63,742 nt of DNA, filler included, from Stramenopiles sp. TOSAG23-2 (GCA_900128395.1; 22 parts of 22 records of this genome joined end to end with filler, not necessarily neighbours in it); one strand, 5' to 3'; numbered from the whole stretch's first letter, positions 1 to 11,934 are shown. Notes: generated by a model from the sequence alone, not told the origin. Program-made: numbers and translations.

Positions 1-319
1 TGGATTGCCAGATTGCAGCAAATATACAAAAATCACCTCATCCTAACTCACACCCTTAAAAAACAAATGTAGGGCCCTCGCCGTATGGCATTTTTTTATT
101 ATTTATTATTGTAATTTTAATAATAATACCAGGTATCTTTATACAATACTGTATCATATAATGGAGAGATAGATAATTCAACAAATTCCAATCATAGTAT
201 ATTGTACCGTGTCATTGTTATATCTATCAGCTAGAAACGGAATTTAAACATACACATTATAAACCAAGAAAAATCAAAATTATTATATATATATACATAC
301 AATTATATATTATTTCTTC

Positions 320-880
320 ATGTATTTGATCTTAAGTTTCTTATACGTCGTCGTGCTTTTCCCAACAAGAATTCGTGGAAATTCCTTATTAATTGCTAAG
401 TTATGCCCAGGGGAGCACTGTAGTCATCAGCCAGAACATCCTATACTAGACTATACTCATGAAAAGGGTTGCCACTGTACAAGACATCCATGTTGGGATG
501 ACGATGGTAAAATTCATGACTGCAAAAGTGATCATATGCCATTTTTAACATATTCATATGCTAAAGATGGCAAATTAACTTGCCGGTGCTCTGCAACTCC
601 TCACTATGACTCTACATACATTGCAAAAACGATGTGTCCAGGACACTTTTGTGACGACAAAGATACTACTCCCATATTAGATTATGATCAAACTGAGTCG
701 AAATGCATATGTCGTAGTCACCCGTGTTGGAATGTAGAAGGGGAAGCACATAAGTGTGAAGATCCAAATTTCCCTATTTTACACTATCGCACAGAAAGAG
801 AAAATGGCGCTATCGTACCTAGATGTGAATGTTTAGCAAAATTTAGTATGGAGCATAGAAGGAAACATACCGAGCTGTAA
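320..880 (+). CDS. Secretory/ER Cys-His-rich protein with two tandem ~75-aa repeats
   Basis: Hydrophobic N-terminus. Two copies of CPGxxC...PILDY...CxCxxHPCW...HxC...PxLxY...CxC. C-terminal HTEL, resembling the HDEL retention signal. Confidence 0.85.
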   Translation: MYLILSFLYVVVLFPTRIRGNSLLIAKLCPGEHCSHQPEHPILDYTHEKGCHCTRHPCWDDDGKIHDCKSDHMPFLTYSYAKDGKLTCRCSATPHYDSTYIAKTMCPGHFCDDKDTTPILDYDQTESKCICRSHPCWNVEGEAHKCEDPNFPILHYRTERENGAIVPRCECLAKFSMEHRRKHTEL

Positions 881-1514
881 GTTGAAAATGGGGACGATGG
901 ATTCACATACATATATTTATATATATTAGAAAGAGAGAGTCAGATAGAGTATATGATGTACTTCTTACATTTTTTATAATTACATAGTGTGTACGAGTAC
1001 GAAGTATAATATATTTCGTATCATATATTTAATTAATGCATAACTTATTTTTTAATTTACTCATGATAGTTCCTTCTCTCCAGAGAGTGTGCCAATATTT
1101 TTATAAGATACAAAAATATTGGTGGAGGTAAATAGATGCAATTAACGCATTATATGCATCAATTGAAAACCGTGTATTGTTCAAAGGTGTGTGATACATC
1201 GCACCGTGGTAGAGTATATCATGATCCTTCTTGCATATACAGTTTAAAGTGCAATGAATATGACTCGCATCAGAGTCAGTAATCGGCACAAGGTTGTGTA
1301 AAGATATTTGGGCATCAGAACTGCGATTACACGAAGTATCGGCTGCAAAAAAACTGTTTTCGTATCATATAATATATATCATTATATACATTATTTTTCA
1401 GCATATATCATATCGATATGATATGATATGTACGAAGTATCATACATTTAAATCATGCATATCAATATCATATCATATATATATACATAAAATTCGTATC
1501 ATAAAAATCACGTT

Positions 1515-2364
1515 TTAACCATTATGAGAATGGGACGTTTTTTGCTTTTTCTTTTTGCTCTTATTTTTATTATTAGTACGAACCTTCGTACTATCACTTC
1601 TATGATCACTACTTTTATCATTATTACTTTTATAGCCTTTATTCATTTTTTTCGTCTTGTGCTTATTTTTATTCTTGATAATCCCATTAAAGGTTAACGT
1701 CATATTTAACCAATGATTTTGCGATTCCTTTGCCATAATAGCTAATTCTTGAACTGCAGGTCTCAATTTTTCCAAATGCATTGATTTCACACCAGCTTCT
1801 TCTTTCTCATCTTCACCATATATATCTAATGACTTTACATCAGGTAATTTACGGTCAATAAAATGTCCAACTCTTTTTTCCACATCCTGGAAAAGTACAG
1901 TCTCTTTATACCATATACAACAACCTTTTTGAGAAACTAATCGAGTATTTGTGCATCCTTTACCTCGATTTTTACAATTTGAATGGTACCAAACCTTCTC
2001 TTCAGATGTACCAACTAATGATATTGCTAATCCTGTAGTATACAGAATAAATGTGCATTTATTTTATGGGTTAGTATTAATGAGAGATGGTAGGGAAAGG
2101 AGAAGAAGAAGAGATTTTTCATCCCACAAAAGGCAATTATAAATTAACTTACCCATTTTCCCTGCACGTCCAACTCGACCTATACGATGTATGTAATTTT
2201 CAGTTTTGTCAGGCAAGGTAAAATTTATTACAAATGGTAACCCTTTAATATCAATTCCGCGTGCAGCTACATCCGTGCATATTAAAAATCGCACATCTCC
2301 ATCTTTAAAATATTGTAAATTTTCCCTGCGTTCTTGCTGTCGACGGAAGCCAGCAACTACTACA
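1515..2364 (-). CDS. DDX1: DDX1 C-terminal part (exons 2364-2153 and 2032-1515)
   Basis: [15 protein letters not shown] and [12 protein letters not shown], then after the intron [32 protein letters not shown]...GCCIWY and LRPAVQELA. It directly continues the + strand fragment. Confidence 0.92.
2033..2152 (-). other. 120-nt spliceosomal intron in DDX1
   Basis: GTAAGT donor at 2152, TACTAAC branch box at 2076-2070, CAG acceptor ending at 2033. Splicing restores the conserved KMG/LAISLV. Confidence 0.9.
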
Positions 2365-2911
2365 AGTTTCTTTTTTTAGCGCAACGTTGCATGGCAAGGA
2401 AATTCAATCTTTATCATCGCGATTATGTTTTCAACCAACATGGGTAGATTTGAAAGGAAAAGATTCTGTACCGGAAACGGTCCATCATTGTGCTGTTGAA
2501 GTAAATCCATATTCATTTCCCCCTGCTAAAAACAATAATAATGGTAAAACTGTTCTTGGAGTAGAAAAGAAATATACTGATAAAGTCCATGCAAGAGACA
2601 ATATTAATGGTTTAAATAATAATAATAATGAAGATGTAAAGAATTTATCAAAGGTAGCCACAAGCGAGGGTATAAAATGTGCAAAATATAGAGCACTAAG
2701 GCATTTAATTGATACTATGAAAATGGATCAATGCTTAATATTTTGTCGTACAAATGTTGATTGTGATAATTTAGAAAAGTATTTAATCGAAATTGGTGGA
2801 GGCAGAGGTGGATTTCAAGGAAAAAAAGAAAGTGGTAAGGAAAACCCATACAGCTGTGTAGTAGTTGCTGGCTTCCGTCGACAGCAAGAACGCAGGGAAA
2901 ATTTACAATAT
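2365..2911 (+). CDS. DDX1: DEAD-box helicase DDX1, internal fragment (motif III to motif IV)
   Basis: [26 protein letters not shown] and [18 protein letters not shown] are DDX1-specific segments. Runs off the contig end. Confidence 0.92.
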
Positions 2912-3011
2912 NNNNNNNNNNNNNNNNNNNNNNNNNNNNNNNNNNNNNNNNNNNNTTAATTAATTAANNNNNNNNNNNNNNNNNNNNNNNNNNNNNNNNN
3001 NNNNNNNNNNN
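2912..3011. other. Artificial contig spacer (N44-TTAATTAATTAA-N44), first of 21
   Basis: Identical 100-nt spacer with stops in all six frames, starting at 2912, 5921, 8929, 11935, 14937, 17937, 20929, 23920, 26909, 29896, 32882, 35867, 38851, 41831, 44810, 47788, 50763, 53734, 56704, 59674 and 62643. Contig lengths decrease along the window. Confidence 0.99.
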
Positions 3012-4876
3012 CCTGTAATCAATAATTTCACATCCTCAAAACGTCCTTTTTCACATGCACATACTATTGGCGTACCTTTTGGAAATTCTTTTTTATATTT
3101 ATTCCTTAATTCATCTGAACGTTTTATATCGCCTAAAAAATTTAAACGACCTTTGCTAATATCATTTTCATCCCCGCTACCTTTACTAATCAAATAGTTC
3201 AAAACATCATCATTATCATTTCCACCATTATATGCTAAAAGATAGGTTAACGATTTACCACTTTCCATATTTTTATGAACATCTTGCTCTAATTCTTCAA
3301 TCAATACTTGCGCATCTTCAAGTGATAATATACCTTTCTTACATCCAGTCAATAACGGTGGTTCACCATATTTCCCATGTAACAGACCTAATTTAAATTC
3401 ACCTTCATCAATTAAATTAGCTGCTAAAATATCCATGAAATCTTTACATACATTCATCAAATCATTATTATTATTTTGATTCATAGTTGCATAACTAAAT
3501 CCTAATGTATACAATGCAGAGTTTTCTTCATCATTCTCTTTTGCATTTAATTGAATCGACGTCTTATTTTCAATAAATGCTTGTACGATATCTAAATTAC
3601 CATTTTCACACGATGATAATAAAAATACTTTACTATCTACAATACATTTATGTTTTGTTGCAAGAAATACGATTTTATTTTCATCACTTAAATTCGCCCA
3701 ATTCAATTCCATTGTTTTCAATGAACGATTTGATTTCAAAACATTTGCAATTTCACGAACTTCTGCATTTGTTAAATCACGATTGTAAAAATCTAATTGT
3801 TTTGCTTTATTTTTACGTATGGCATCTAATGGCAATCCACCACCTAATTGTATTATATGTTGTATATATTGTTTCAACGTTAATCCCATGACTTTCTTTG
3901 CTTTACGTACCTCCAATGAAATAGCTAATAATTCAAGACATGAAATACATAAATTAAATAATAAACTAAAATTTGGTGATAATGTCATAAATAGAAAGCC
4001 TGTAGTAATATATATATATGATATATGTATGGATATGTTAGTTTATGATTGGTTCTATATTTATTTATTAAAAACTTTGTGATATATATAAGATCAATAC
4101 GTACTAACTTTTTCTTGTGCATCGAATCCACATATATTCCCTATACATATGAAAAACAACGAAATTTGTAAAATAGTTTGTGGTATTGTTTCTAATACAA
4201 TTTCACTTATTTTACGTAATGCTTCATATTGTACCATGAATATTACTAATTGATCTGGTAAATAATTTTCGAATGGACGATACAATATCATCAATGAATC
4301 AAATATTAGTATTAATAATGGTGAAAACAAAAGAATAATACCACGTTTCACATATTCTTCTCGAAATGTAATTGCAGCATAATAATTTATACCAAATATT
4401 GCAGACAAACCTTGCAATATAAGGAACGTAAGCATTGTGTAAAATGCCCATCGGATTGGTGGATACAGCGATAAATTATACGTCATATTTACATCTGCTA
4501 TTACATCTAAATAAAACAATAATAAGTAAAGAGTTGGCATACAAATTGATAAAAACCATGATATATTTGGATATTTTTGACTAAATTTTGTTGCTTGACG
4601 ATTACGAAACGATTTAATTCTTGATTGGATACGTCTTGGTTTTTTTCGATTTCCATTTATTTCTGTGACTTTTCCTTCTTCCATTAATGATACATCATTG
4701 TCTGTCATGGATGATGGATGTATTTTAGTATTTGCATTATTTTTCTTGTTTTTATTTTTTTTCGATTTCTTTTCCAATGCTTTAGATGTACCAGCAACAA
4801 GTGCCGTGCCAGCTGCTAAACCTATTGCCCCTGCTTGTATTGTTGCATCAATTGCATTTAATGCATCTTCCGCCAT
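3012..4876 (-). CDS. XK-related multi-pass membrane domain + LRR + ankyrin repeats (3' partial; intron ~4104-4000)
   Basis: LLFYLDVIADV...EIVLETIPQTILQI is an XK-family pattern. A GTACGT...ACTAAC...CAG intron joins the two ORFs in frame. RNI-like IANVLKSNRSLKTMEL. Ankyrin-like SCENGNLDIVQAFI and PIVCACEKGRFEDVKLLI. Confidence 0.7.
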
Positions 4877-5592
4877 AATTATTAAATATATCTTTTTTCT
4901 CAAATAATAATAATTTATTTTCCACGTAAAATGTTTGTTTGCCTGTAATACAGAGATAATAATATATATCAATCTCTATGTGTCCTATTGTTGTTGCTTT
5001 TATTGCTGACAATTTATATTGTCACAATCAATTACAATCAATATCGTTAACACGTGAACAATCAATATCTTGCCAACTCTCGATATCAAATCAATATCTA
5101 GCTGTTTCCCACGTTATAAAAATGGTACAATTCTCGGTCAAGTACCACAATATATCAATATATATCTCTTCGTTCTTTCTTCTCCACAACCAATTAATAC
5201 CAATACACAAGATACAATATATTATACACAACTAACTATTTAACTAACTAGTAAACTGATAATTTGTACAACGTAAATCAATCAATTCGTAATGTAAACC
5301 AAATCGTAATGTAAACCAATTCGTAATGAACCAAATCTTTCTTTCTTTTCTTTTCTTTTCTTTTCTGTCTTTCATCGATGTTGTCCACATCTCATCTTCC
5401 TATCTATATATATATGTTTGTTTGTAGGCAACAATAAATACAAATATATATGGATTTTTATATACGAATTCATACATCCATGGAGTACAAATGGATGAAC
5501 ATCATTAACACTAATAACAATGATAAAATATGTTTAACACACTACAAATGAGATGTTTATTAATACGGATATTTATATTTTACGATTGTAGC

Positions 5593-5813
5593 ATTATCCA
5601 ATTTTTGGAAGAAATAGCTCTTAAATGTGGCCCCATTTAAAAAAAGACCAGAAATCGTTACAAAAAACAAGATGTACTTCTTGTATACTAGAGCCTAATA
5701 TTGTTCTATTATCCAATTATTGGAAGAAATAGCTCTTAAATGTGGCCCCATTTAAAAAAAGATCAGAAATCGTTACAAAAAAAACATGTACTTATTGTAT
5801 ACTAAAGCCTAAA
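5593..5813. repeat. Two diverged tandem copies of a ~115-bp non-coding unit
   Basis: ATTATCCAAT...GAAGAAATAGCTCTTAAATGTGGCCCCATTTAAAAAAAG...GCCTAA at 5593 and 5708, with several substitutions. Confidence 0.9.
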
Positions 5814-6020
5814 ATGGTAATATCAAATATTCAAAACGTAAAAAAAATCAAAAAGCTGCATACAGCTGCAATGCTATCTTCATGTATATGAAATGTAATG
5901 GTATACCATGGTATATGCCTNNNNNNNNNNNNNNNNNNNNNNNNNNNNNNNNNNNNNNNNNNNNTTAATTAATTAANNNNNNNNNNNNNNNNNNNNNNNN
6001 NNNNNNNNNNNNNNNNNNNN

Positions 6021-6271
6021 CTCCGTTTCGTAGATTTTAAATGTTTGGTACTCGCTTGTTTTTTTCTTCTCTTTGTCGTAGATAGTGAAGGGTTTGTCGA
6101 CGATGTCGCATTTGTGCCACCGTTCAACCTTTTACATGTTTCTTCAGTAGCATCTGAAAAAGGAACTTGCTTGCATGGTTGTCTTAGTTTTGAACCACCA
6201 TTTTTAACGACGGAGGCGTATGTTTTTTGTTGTGGAGCATCTACATTTTGTGTATGTTGGTTAGTTAAATG
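6021..6271 (-). CDS. Possible internal exon of an unknown gene (partial)
   Basis: Open frame HLTNQHTQNVDAPQQKTYASVVKNGG...STKR running to the contig edge, preceded by TATATAG (possible acceptor). Higher GC than its flank. Confidence 0.4.
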
Positions 6272-6300
6272 CTATATATATACAAGTAAATCGATTTAAC

Positions 6301-7016
6301 ATCGATGAGCTTATGGTGGGCATATCTATCACTCATTTTTGTTTATTATATTCCAGGTTTGCGTCTCGGTAACATGGTGGGCATTTATTCCTATATATAG
6401 TATACGAGAACAAATTTTAACTTTGCCAAAAAATGATACGAGAGCACACGACATATATATAAAATGAATTCAAACAAAAGTTGAATTTTGTAAATATTTC
6501 AAAACAATCTATACAATCGATGAGCTTATGGTGGGCATATCTATCACTCATTTTTGTTTATTATATACCAGGTGTGCGTCTCTATGTCTCTATAACATGG
6601 TGGGCATTTATTATATCTATCACTCATTTTTGTTTATTATATTTCATGTTTTCGTCTCTATCATATGGTGGGCATTTATTATATCTATTATATCACTCAT
6701 TTTTGTCCATAATATTTCATGTTTGCGTCTCTATCTATCAATCTTATCTACATCTACATCTACATTTGTATTATGCATATTGCATATTTTTATATTTTTA
6801 CGTCTATTTTCTATTTTTTATTCATTATATATTATTCATTATATTCATTATTATATATTTTACCCATACTTACATTGTACTAAAAAATCGATTATTCCTA
6901 TATAAAGTATACGAGAACAAATTTTTACTGAGGCAAAAAAAATGATACGACATATATGATTACTTGTAAAATGAATTCAAACAAAAGTTGAATTTTGTAA
7001 ATATTTCAAAACAATC
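6301..7016. repeat. Nested degenerate tandem repeat (~65-bp ATGGTGGGCAT unit within a larger duplicated block)
   Basis: ATGGTGGGCAT occurs five times (~6313, 6374, 6528, 6597, 6665). The block TTATTCCTATATA...GAATTCAAACAAAAGTTGAATTTTGTAAATATTTCAAAACAATC occurs at ~6385-6510 and ~6892-7016. Confidence 0.9.
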
Positions 7017-8045
7017 AATATGTTGATACCAAATCATCATGTTATGAATGTAAAATCGGGGACGTATTGCACTGAGTATATGATCGATATAAAATTTGAC
7101 ACGTGATATAATAATTTTTGTGACATTGAATATGAATATCCTTCTTCGTATTGTGTATGAATTCTTGATTGTAAATGCCGAGATAGATTTCTAAGCGTAT
7201 TTATATGTTATATACTTACCTAATGATTTTGTTTCATTTCTTGAACTCATACTTTAATATATTTTGTTATTTTAATAAATAAATGTTTTTTTATTTGGAA
7301 ATAAATTAATTGATTTAATTAATTTAATTTAATATTCATGTTTGTTTTAATCTTTGTTTAAATCTTTTTTTTGTTTTGTTTTGTTTGTTTGTCTTTCTAT
7401 CTTTCTCTCTTTCTATTATATATTTATATCGTGTGTGTTTGGTGTTTGAGTATAAGTATCTATTTCAGTACTATTTCCATATTATTGTTATAATACATTT
7501 TACCTCTACAGTGAATATATGAACTTATGAAATCCCTTGTATTTACCTGCTAAGCAACCTGATGCTATGCCCATTCTATTACACATTATATTATAGCACC
7601 ACACAGCAAGGTATGATAAGCGAAGATGTGGTTATTCCATCGATAAAAGAAATTTTCCAACCACACGAAAAAATTTTCCACCATACAATTAGGATTGAAA
7701 TGGTGAAAATGTATAGTAGGAGGGAAATATTATATTATATATAATAACTTTTCCCCCGTCGTCGTTGTTGTAGACGGTACAACTATTTATTATATTTTTT
7801 AAGTGGTTAATTAGAACAATAACAAAATTAAAATACATTTGGTGTTAAAGTTATTAATAATACGTATAGTGTTATAGTGTTATAGTTTTATTATTTTACA
7901 TATATATATACGAAGTATATATATATATATATATATGTACATGTATCTATTTCAGACCCTGCTTTAATATATATTGAAAAAATATTATTCACGCCTTCGA
8001 ACTTTCCATGCCTTGGCAGTTTCGAACCCTTCAGATGTTGCCAAG

Positions 8046-8403
8046 CTAAACAACACGCGATGCCGCATATTCTGGTTCAAGCAATGGTAAAAGACGTGGA
8101 TAGCGAGATGCAGCGCCTTCAAACATACCTGTTTTGATAAAGAATGGATTGACACAAGTCGTTTTTACTCCATCGCATCCTAAATGGCGCATTTCTAAAC
8201 GAATCGATTCATCAAATCCAACGGCAGCATGTTTCGAGGCACAATAATCAGCCAATCCAGGGACGCCTAAAAGTCCTGCAGAGCTGGCAATTGTTACAAT
8301 ATGACCATGATTATTTTCAATCATACTTGGTAAAATAGCTTTTACAGTCCAAAAGTGTGCTTCAATGTTTACTGCCATGGTTAACTTCATTAGTCTAGGT
8401 GCC
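8046..8403 (-). pseudogene. Short-chain dehydrogenase fragment (SDR16C/retinol dehydrogenase-like); chimeric piece or pseudogene
   Basis: NHGHIVTIASSAG, YCASKHAAVGF (YxxxK) and IKTGMF are present. The N-terminal TGxxxGxG Rossmann part is missing and the frame stops early after YAASRVV. Confidence 0.65.
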
Positions 8404-8605
8404 TGGCAGGTTCGCAAACGCACTCATATAATGTACTTTTATTATATAAAATACTCTTTCGTAATATTTATAATTTTCATCATATTTTTGTACGAAAACG
8501 CCGTACTTTTTTACCAGTACGAGCATAACATGTTTTTTTATTAAAAAAATCTTTTTCCTCTCCCCCCTTTATCTCCGTTCTTCCCTTTAATGTTAAAATA
8601 GGTGG

Positions 8606-8928
8606 CTACTTAAAATTTCTTTCATCCCATCTCTTCCAATTTTTAATATTCGCAGAAAAATAGTTACACTTGGGACACTTGTTGCTTATTGTACCAGTTC
8701 CGATTTTATCTCCATTATGAGCAGCTAGATCTCCACAATTGGTATGGTATATAGGGCCATAGCTACAGTCTGGACATTGATATAATCTTTCATTATCCGG
8801 AAATGCTCTCTTTAATTGTTTTGCATTCATTCCACCACAAACTTCGCCATTTTTATGCGTTTCTTGTCCACACTTGGTACAAATCGCCGAGGCACAATGC
8901 GGACATGTATTTCCAAAATCAGAATGAG
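8606..8928 (-). CDS. C-terminus of an RBR-like protein: half IBR + atypical RING2-like zinc module (5' partial)
   Basis: The frame is open to the contig edge: CPHCASAICTKCGQETHKNGEVC (IBR pattern), then CPDCSYGPIYHTNCGDLAAH...NKCPKCNYFS...WKRWD. Confidence 0.7.
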
Positions 8929-9361
8929 NNNNNNNNNNNNNNNNNNNNNNNNNNNNNNNNNNNNNNNNNNNNTTAATTAATTAANNNNNNNNNNNNNNNN
9001 NNNNNNNNNNNNNNNNNNNNNNNNNNNNGGTTAGAGATAGGTTATAATTTCTGTGCGACTTCTCCCTGCTATTTCCCTGTTAGATGATGGTGTATCCATG
9101 CTAATAATACAAAAAAAAGTAGATATACGATATATATATCTAATATATGATGGGGAAAACCATGCAAATATACATATAACTTTACAATCTTCTTGATCGA
9201 TAAATATACAATTATACGTATTTACAATATATAAATTAGGATAAATACAAGAAGTGGATGAAGTGTATATCAATTATATCAACAATTATAACTCGTGAAT
9301 TTTCTGTTTTTACTGTAGGGTAAAATTAGAACAATAAATTTTGATAAATATATAAAAAAAA

Positions 9362-9781
9362 ATGCAACAAATATTTTTCATTTTCGTAATAATATTATAT
9401 ATATTTGCTACTTTTTGTTGTAATAATGTGCTTGGTGTAAAAGAATTATCGAAAGAAGAAGGTGATAATTGTATGCAATTGTTAAGTGAAGTTTCTTCTA
9501 TTCGTAGAGGAGAAATATTTGATGAGGCATGGATGTCGATGAACCGAATGGAAAGAGCGGAAGTTATGGAAAGTATTGCACGAGTAGAGGGTGAAGTTTT
9601 ATCCGCAGATGAAATTTTACAGTTAACATTGGCTGGAAGCAACGAAAGAATAATTGCGTCAAAAAATGAAATTGTTTCCTGCACATCATCTCTTTTAGTA
9701 CATAGTCTAGAGAAAATATGGAATTTTTTACCGGAAGAGGAAAAAGAAGAAATTTTATATGAAATTGCATCCGCTTTGTAG
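9362..9781 (+). CDS. Small acidic secreted protein, unknown function
   Basis: ATG after an A-run, hydrophobic signal-like N-terminus, Glu-rich helical body, coding-like composition. Confidence 0.65.
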   Translation: MQQIFFIFVIILYIFATFCCNNVLGVKELSKEEGDNCMQLLSEVSSIRRGEIFDEAWMSMNRMERAEVMESIARVEGEVLSADEILQLTLAGSNERIIASKNEIVSCTSSLLVHSLEKIWNFLPEEEKEEILYEIASAL

Positions 9782-10229
9782 AATATAATATATATATTAT
9801 ATATGATGGACACATATAGAACATACATAAATAAAAAACATAGTTGAGCATCATACGATATTGATACGTAAGAGAAGAGAAGCGTTATGGTATGATATCA
9901 TTCATACGACGCAAGGTGCCAAGATATATACTTCGTATATAATATATTATATGCGCGCCTATTCGTATCATATTTTATAATTTTGGTAAATATATATATA
10001 CTTCGTATATATATATATATTACATGTGTGTATATATATATATATACTCGTATGTATTTTCAAGTAGTTTTTAATTTATCTTTTTACAAAAATACACACA
10101 CAGATAACGCACAGATCATACAAACCTCTCCAGATGAAAATACTATCGGTACTATCGGTTCATATAAAAACACAAAACACAAAAATACATCCCCTCTGTC
10201 CACTATCTATTTTACGTACGTCGTACATT

Positions 10230-11934
10230 TCATATCACTTTTTGACCACCTAAATTAACCAATTCAGATGCATGCTTTACTAAACTATCTAAGGATTTAA
10301 AATTTAATGTACTTTCAGTTAAATCTATGGAATTTCCATCAATACTTTTTTGATTTCTTAAATGATTTCCTAATGGTACGAAATGATCTAATAATAATCG
10401 CTTTAAAGCTTCTGTATCTTTTGCACGTGTACGACTTTCATCATCAAATAGATCTGTTTCAAAATCTTCAATCCATTGCTCTGGAACGTAAACGTATTTA
10501 AACCTTGCAATACGACACAGTGCAATTTGAAATGCATCGTATGACATACGATGTGGCTCAGAACGCATTTGTAAATTTACACGTTTATATACCATATCAA
10601 GTGTTGTTAAATCAATTGGTAAACGTATATTCTTTTTACCATGATCAACTAAACGCGCAGCCCTTGCAATTCTTAAGAATTTTTGTATAGTCAAAACACC
10701 AGTGCGAGAACCTTGGACATTATCATTATTGTCTTCATTGTTACTTGAATTTTTTGCCCTCTTCCTCGTTGAAGATACAGGCGTGTTGTTACTACCACCA
10801 GCAAAATGATCAAATACCTCGCTAACAATTTCCATAATATCAGCTTTTAAATTTCCATTTTCATCACGATCATCATCTCCTAGAATGTTTTTCATTGTAA
10901 AATTATTATTTCTAGTTTTACCAGTTGCTACAAACTTACTAGCACCATTAGGCTTTGAAGAGTCTTTTGCTAAATCTTTTTGTGCGATCAAAAGATCCAT
11001 CTCTTCGTCAAGCTTTGTTTCAAAATCTTTTGATGATTCATTGCTAATGTTATAACCATTTCTATTGCTTCCAGCACTGACTCCAGCACTGACATCATTA
11101 CTATTCACGCTATTGCGACTATTTGCTAAATCATTTTCCATCAATCTTGCAAGCTCAACACGTTTTTCTTGGAATATTTTATATCGCTTTTGCAAGCTTT
11201 TAAAATTTTTACCACCAGGATCTATACGAAACAAAATACGATATACTGCATCAATTGCAACTGCCATGTCTTCATTACTATTTTCATCTTGACGCCTACC
11301 ATATGCCATCTTTGCACAATGCATCAATGCGTTTAAAAATCCTCTAAACGTCAAGCATGGCAAACCTGTATTGGAACCAGTTTCTTCCGATGATGTTTTA
11401 AATATATTATCAATGGCAATGCGTGATAAAAGATCATTTAAAATTCTATATTTTCGTGCAAATCCAAAAAATTCTGAACGGCCCATTATATATATACGGC
11501 GGTTTTTCTTACTACCACTGTTGCTATCACCACTACGACTACGTCCTCTATTCCGTCGTTGGTTACTGTTATTATTATTGCTATTATTTTTATTACCCGT
11601 GCTATTATTATAATTACTAATATTCGTATCAGTATATTGAATATCTTGAGTAGCATGCATTTGAAACAACGAATATAAAGTATCTTGATATTTATACAAT
11701 ACTCCAATAGGCCCGTCTTCGATGTTAATGTCATCCCATATCTCTGCATCTATATCTTCCAATTTGGATACTTTCTCCGCTTCCCCATATACACCTTCAA
11801 CACTTGCTAACTCTTGATCCACTGTATCTAAAATACTTTGATGCGGTCGACTTGATAATTCTCTGGTGCCAATTGGTGTCATTGGATTTGGTGTTTGCGC
11901 TCTTACAGGGTAGGTTACGGCAGTTCTTCCACTT
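10230..11934 (-). CDS. Protein with two p25alpha/TPPP-like (EF-hand-like) modules (5' partial)
   Basis: MGRSEFFGFARKYRIL...IDNIFK...LTFRGFLNALMHCAKMAY and LTIQKFLRIARAARLVD...LDMVYKRV...MSYDAFQIALCRIARFKY. More than 550 aa open. Confidence 0.6.

Noticed and set aside
1101-1518. Short ORFs between the Cys/His gene and DDX1
   Set aside because: No motifs, and partly AT-microsatellite. Cannot be supported as genes.
2956-2967. TTAATTAATTAA recurring every ~3 kb as a biological periodic repeat
   Set aside because: Always centred in N44 flanks. It is an artificial six-frame-stop spacer.
6301-6740. CRISPR-like array of ATGGTGGGCAT repeats
   Set aside because: The sequences between repeats are homologous to each other rather than unique spacers, the context is eukaryotic, and there are no cas genes.
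8046-8048. Stop-codon reassignment or readthrough (TAG after YAASRVV)
   Set aside because: The downstream frame is not SDR-like and soon hits TGA. Conserved genes here end normally in TAA, TAG or TGA with no in-frame stops.
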